A stretch of 64,000 nt of DNA from NCBI GenBank assembly GCA_963795085.1, contig CAWCFX010000001.1, positions 1,056,001 to 1,120,000 on the forward strand, written 5' to 3'. Each line of letters starts with the position of its first letter. The stretch's first letter is position 1. The notes below the pieces were generated by a model, which made no database searches, had not been told where the DNA came from, and was given only the letters and a program-made list of their open reading frames with translations. The DNA is from an uncultured Gemmatimonadales bacterium (GTDB taxonomy: Bacteria > Gemmatimonadota > Gemmatimonadetes > Gemmatimonadales > GWC2-71-9). Shown here one piece after another: positions 62,866 through 64,000 of this stretch. A program made the position numbers and the translations under genes.

Positions 62866-63959
62866 ACCGGCCTATGTGGCCCTTGCGCTGACGCCGGGGA
62901 TTGGCGCCGCGCGCCTGGCGACTCTGCTTCGCGTATTTGAAACTCCGGACGGCGCTCTTCAGGCGCCGTTCGCGTTTTTATGTACCCTGCCCGGAATCTC
63001 CCGAGCCGCGGCCACCGCTATCCGGTCGGCCCGGGCCGATGCGGGCGCCCGGGTGCTCGAGGCGATCGACCGGCTGGGGGCCCGGTGCCTGCTCCCGGGC
63101 GATCCCGATTTTCCCGCCGCCTTCGGCACCATACCGGATCCGCCGATTCTCCTGTTCGCCCAGGGACGCCTGGACCTGCTCGCCCGGCCCGCGGTCGCCA
63201 TCGTCGGGAGCCGGGATCACTCGAGCTATGGCGCGGAGGTCGCCGCACTGATCGCGGGCCGAGCCGCCGCGGCGGGCGTCGTCGTGGTGAGCGGGATGGC
63301 GCGGGGCCTCGACGCCGTGGCCCATGCCGCGGCGCTCGATGCGAAGGGCGGCACCATCGGGGTGCTCGGCAACGGGCTCGGCGTCATCTACCCGGCGGCC
63401 AACCGGCACCTCTACGAGCGGGTCTGCGCTGCGGGGGTGCTGCTGACCGAGTTTCCTCCAGGCGAACGGCCCCGGGTGGGCAGCTTTCCCCGCCGGAACC
63501 GGCTGATCAGCGGGCTGGGCCGGGTCACCGTGGTCATCGAGGCGGCGGCGGGATCGGGGACGCTCATCACGGTGGAGGCCGCGCTCGACCAGGGGCGCGA
63601 GGTGATGGCGGTTCCCGGGGCGATTACCAGTCCCACCTCGGTAGGTACCAACCGGCTGATTCGCGACGGCGCCAGCGCCTCTTCTCGAAGCCGGGGACCT
63701 GTTGCAGCACTACCCGGAGCTGGAGACAGCCCAGGTGCCGTTGCCACTTGCGTCCCCCTCGGTCCCGCCACCCCTGCCCGCATCATTGTCGGAAGGCGAA
63801 GCGCGGCTGGCCCGGTTGCTGGGACCGGACCCCGCGCACCTCGACTCCGTGGTCAAGGCGGCGGGTCTCTCGGCGGGCGAGGTGATGGCGGGCCTGAGCG
63901 GGCTCGAACTGGAAGGCGTGGTCGAGCAGCTGCCGGGATGGCGGTTCCGCCGGATCTGA
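62846..63959 (+). CDS. dprA: DNA-processing protein DprA, frameshift near 63675
   Basis: VAIVGSR, VSGMARGLDA.AH, FPRRNRLISGL, GSGTLIT and a C-terminal wHTH LELEG. The main frame is missing from the ORF track. Confidence 0.9.
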
Positions 63960-64000
63960 AATGCGGCGCCCCGAAGGGACGCAAGAAGGGAGACCCGGAA

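Overview
High-GC bacterial DNA. The gene content and style suggest a Gemmatimonadota-like host, but that is inference only. The window has three blocks. (1) 1-26 kb: a truncated isocitrate lyase gene, then a ~22 kb surface-polysaccharide cluster (SLBB export protein, four GT4 glycosyltransferases, WecB, priming transferase, oxidoreductase/acyltransferase/aminotransferase trio, AsnB, flippase, methyltransferase, Wzy/ligase, Wzz, two paralogous beta-propeller lipoproteins) and a frameshifted D-glucuronyl C5-epimerase-like gene. (2) 26.1-44.0 kb: a visibly lower-GC composite island integrated at a tRNA(CAT) and bounded by a perfect 46-bp direct repeat. It carries a Type III R-M system, a HEPN-motif gene and a tyrosine integrase. 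It also carries an operon with two tandem secreted 8-cysteine peptides of identical Cys spacing (the second is missing from the ORF track), a DsbA and two beta-propeller lipoproteins, and an integrase-less attC cassette array interrupted by an IS3. (3) 44-64 kb: host genes (FG-GAP/ASPIC protein, Ig/RCC1 lipoprotein, PilB/GspE-REC fusion, mmsA, BaiN flavoprotein, tRNA-Val, heptose kinase, Wzi-like protein, asparaginase II, CMD family protein, obgE, dprA). Many genes inside and outside the island carry 1-bp frameshifts, probably partly long-read consensus error, so 'pseudogene' calls are provisional. The best novel-system candidate is the Cys8-peptide/DsbA/propeller operon at 34.1-38.4 kb.
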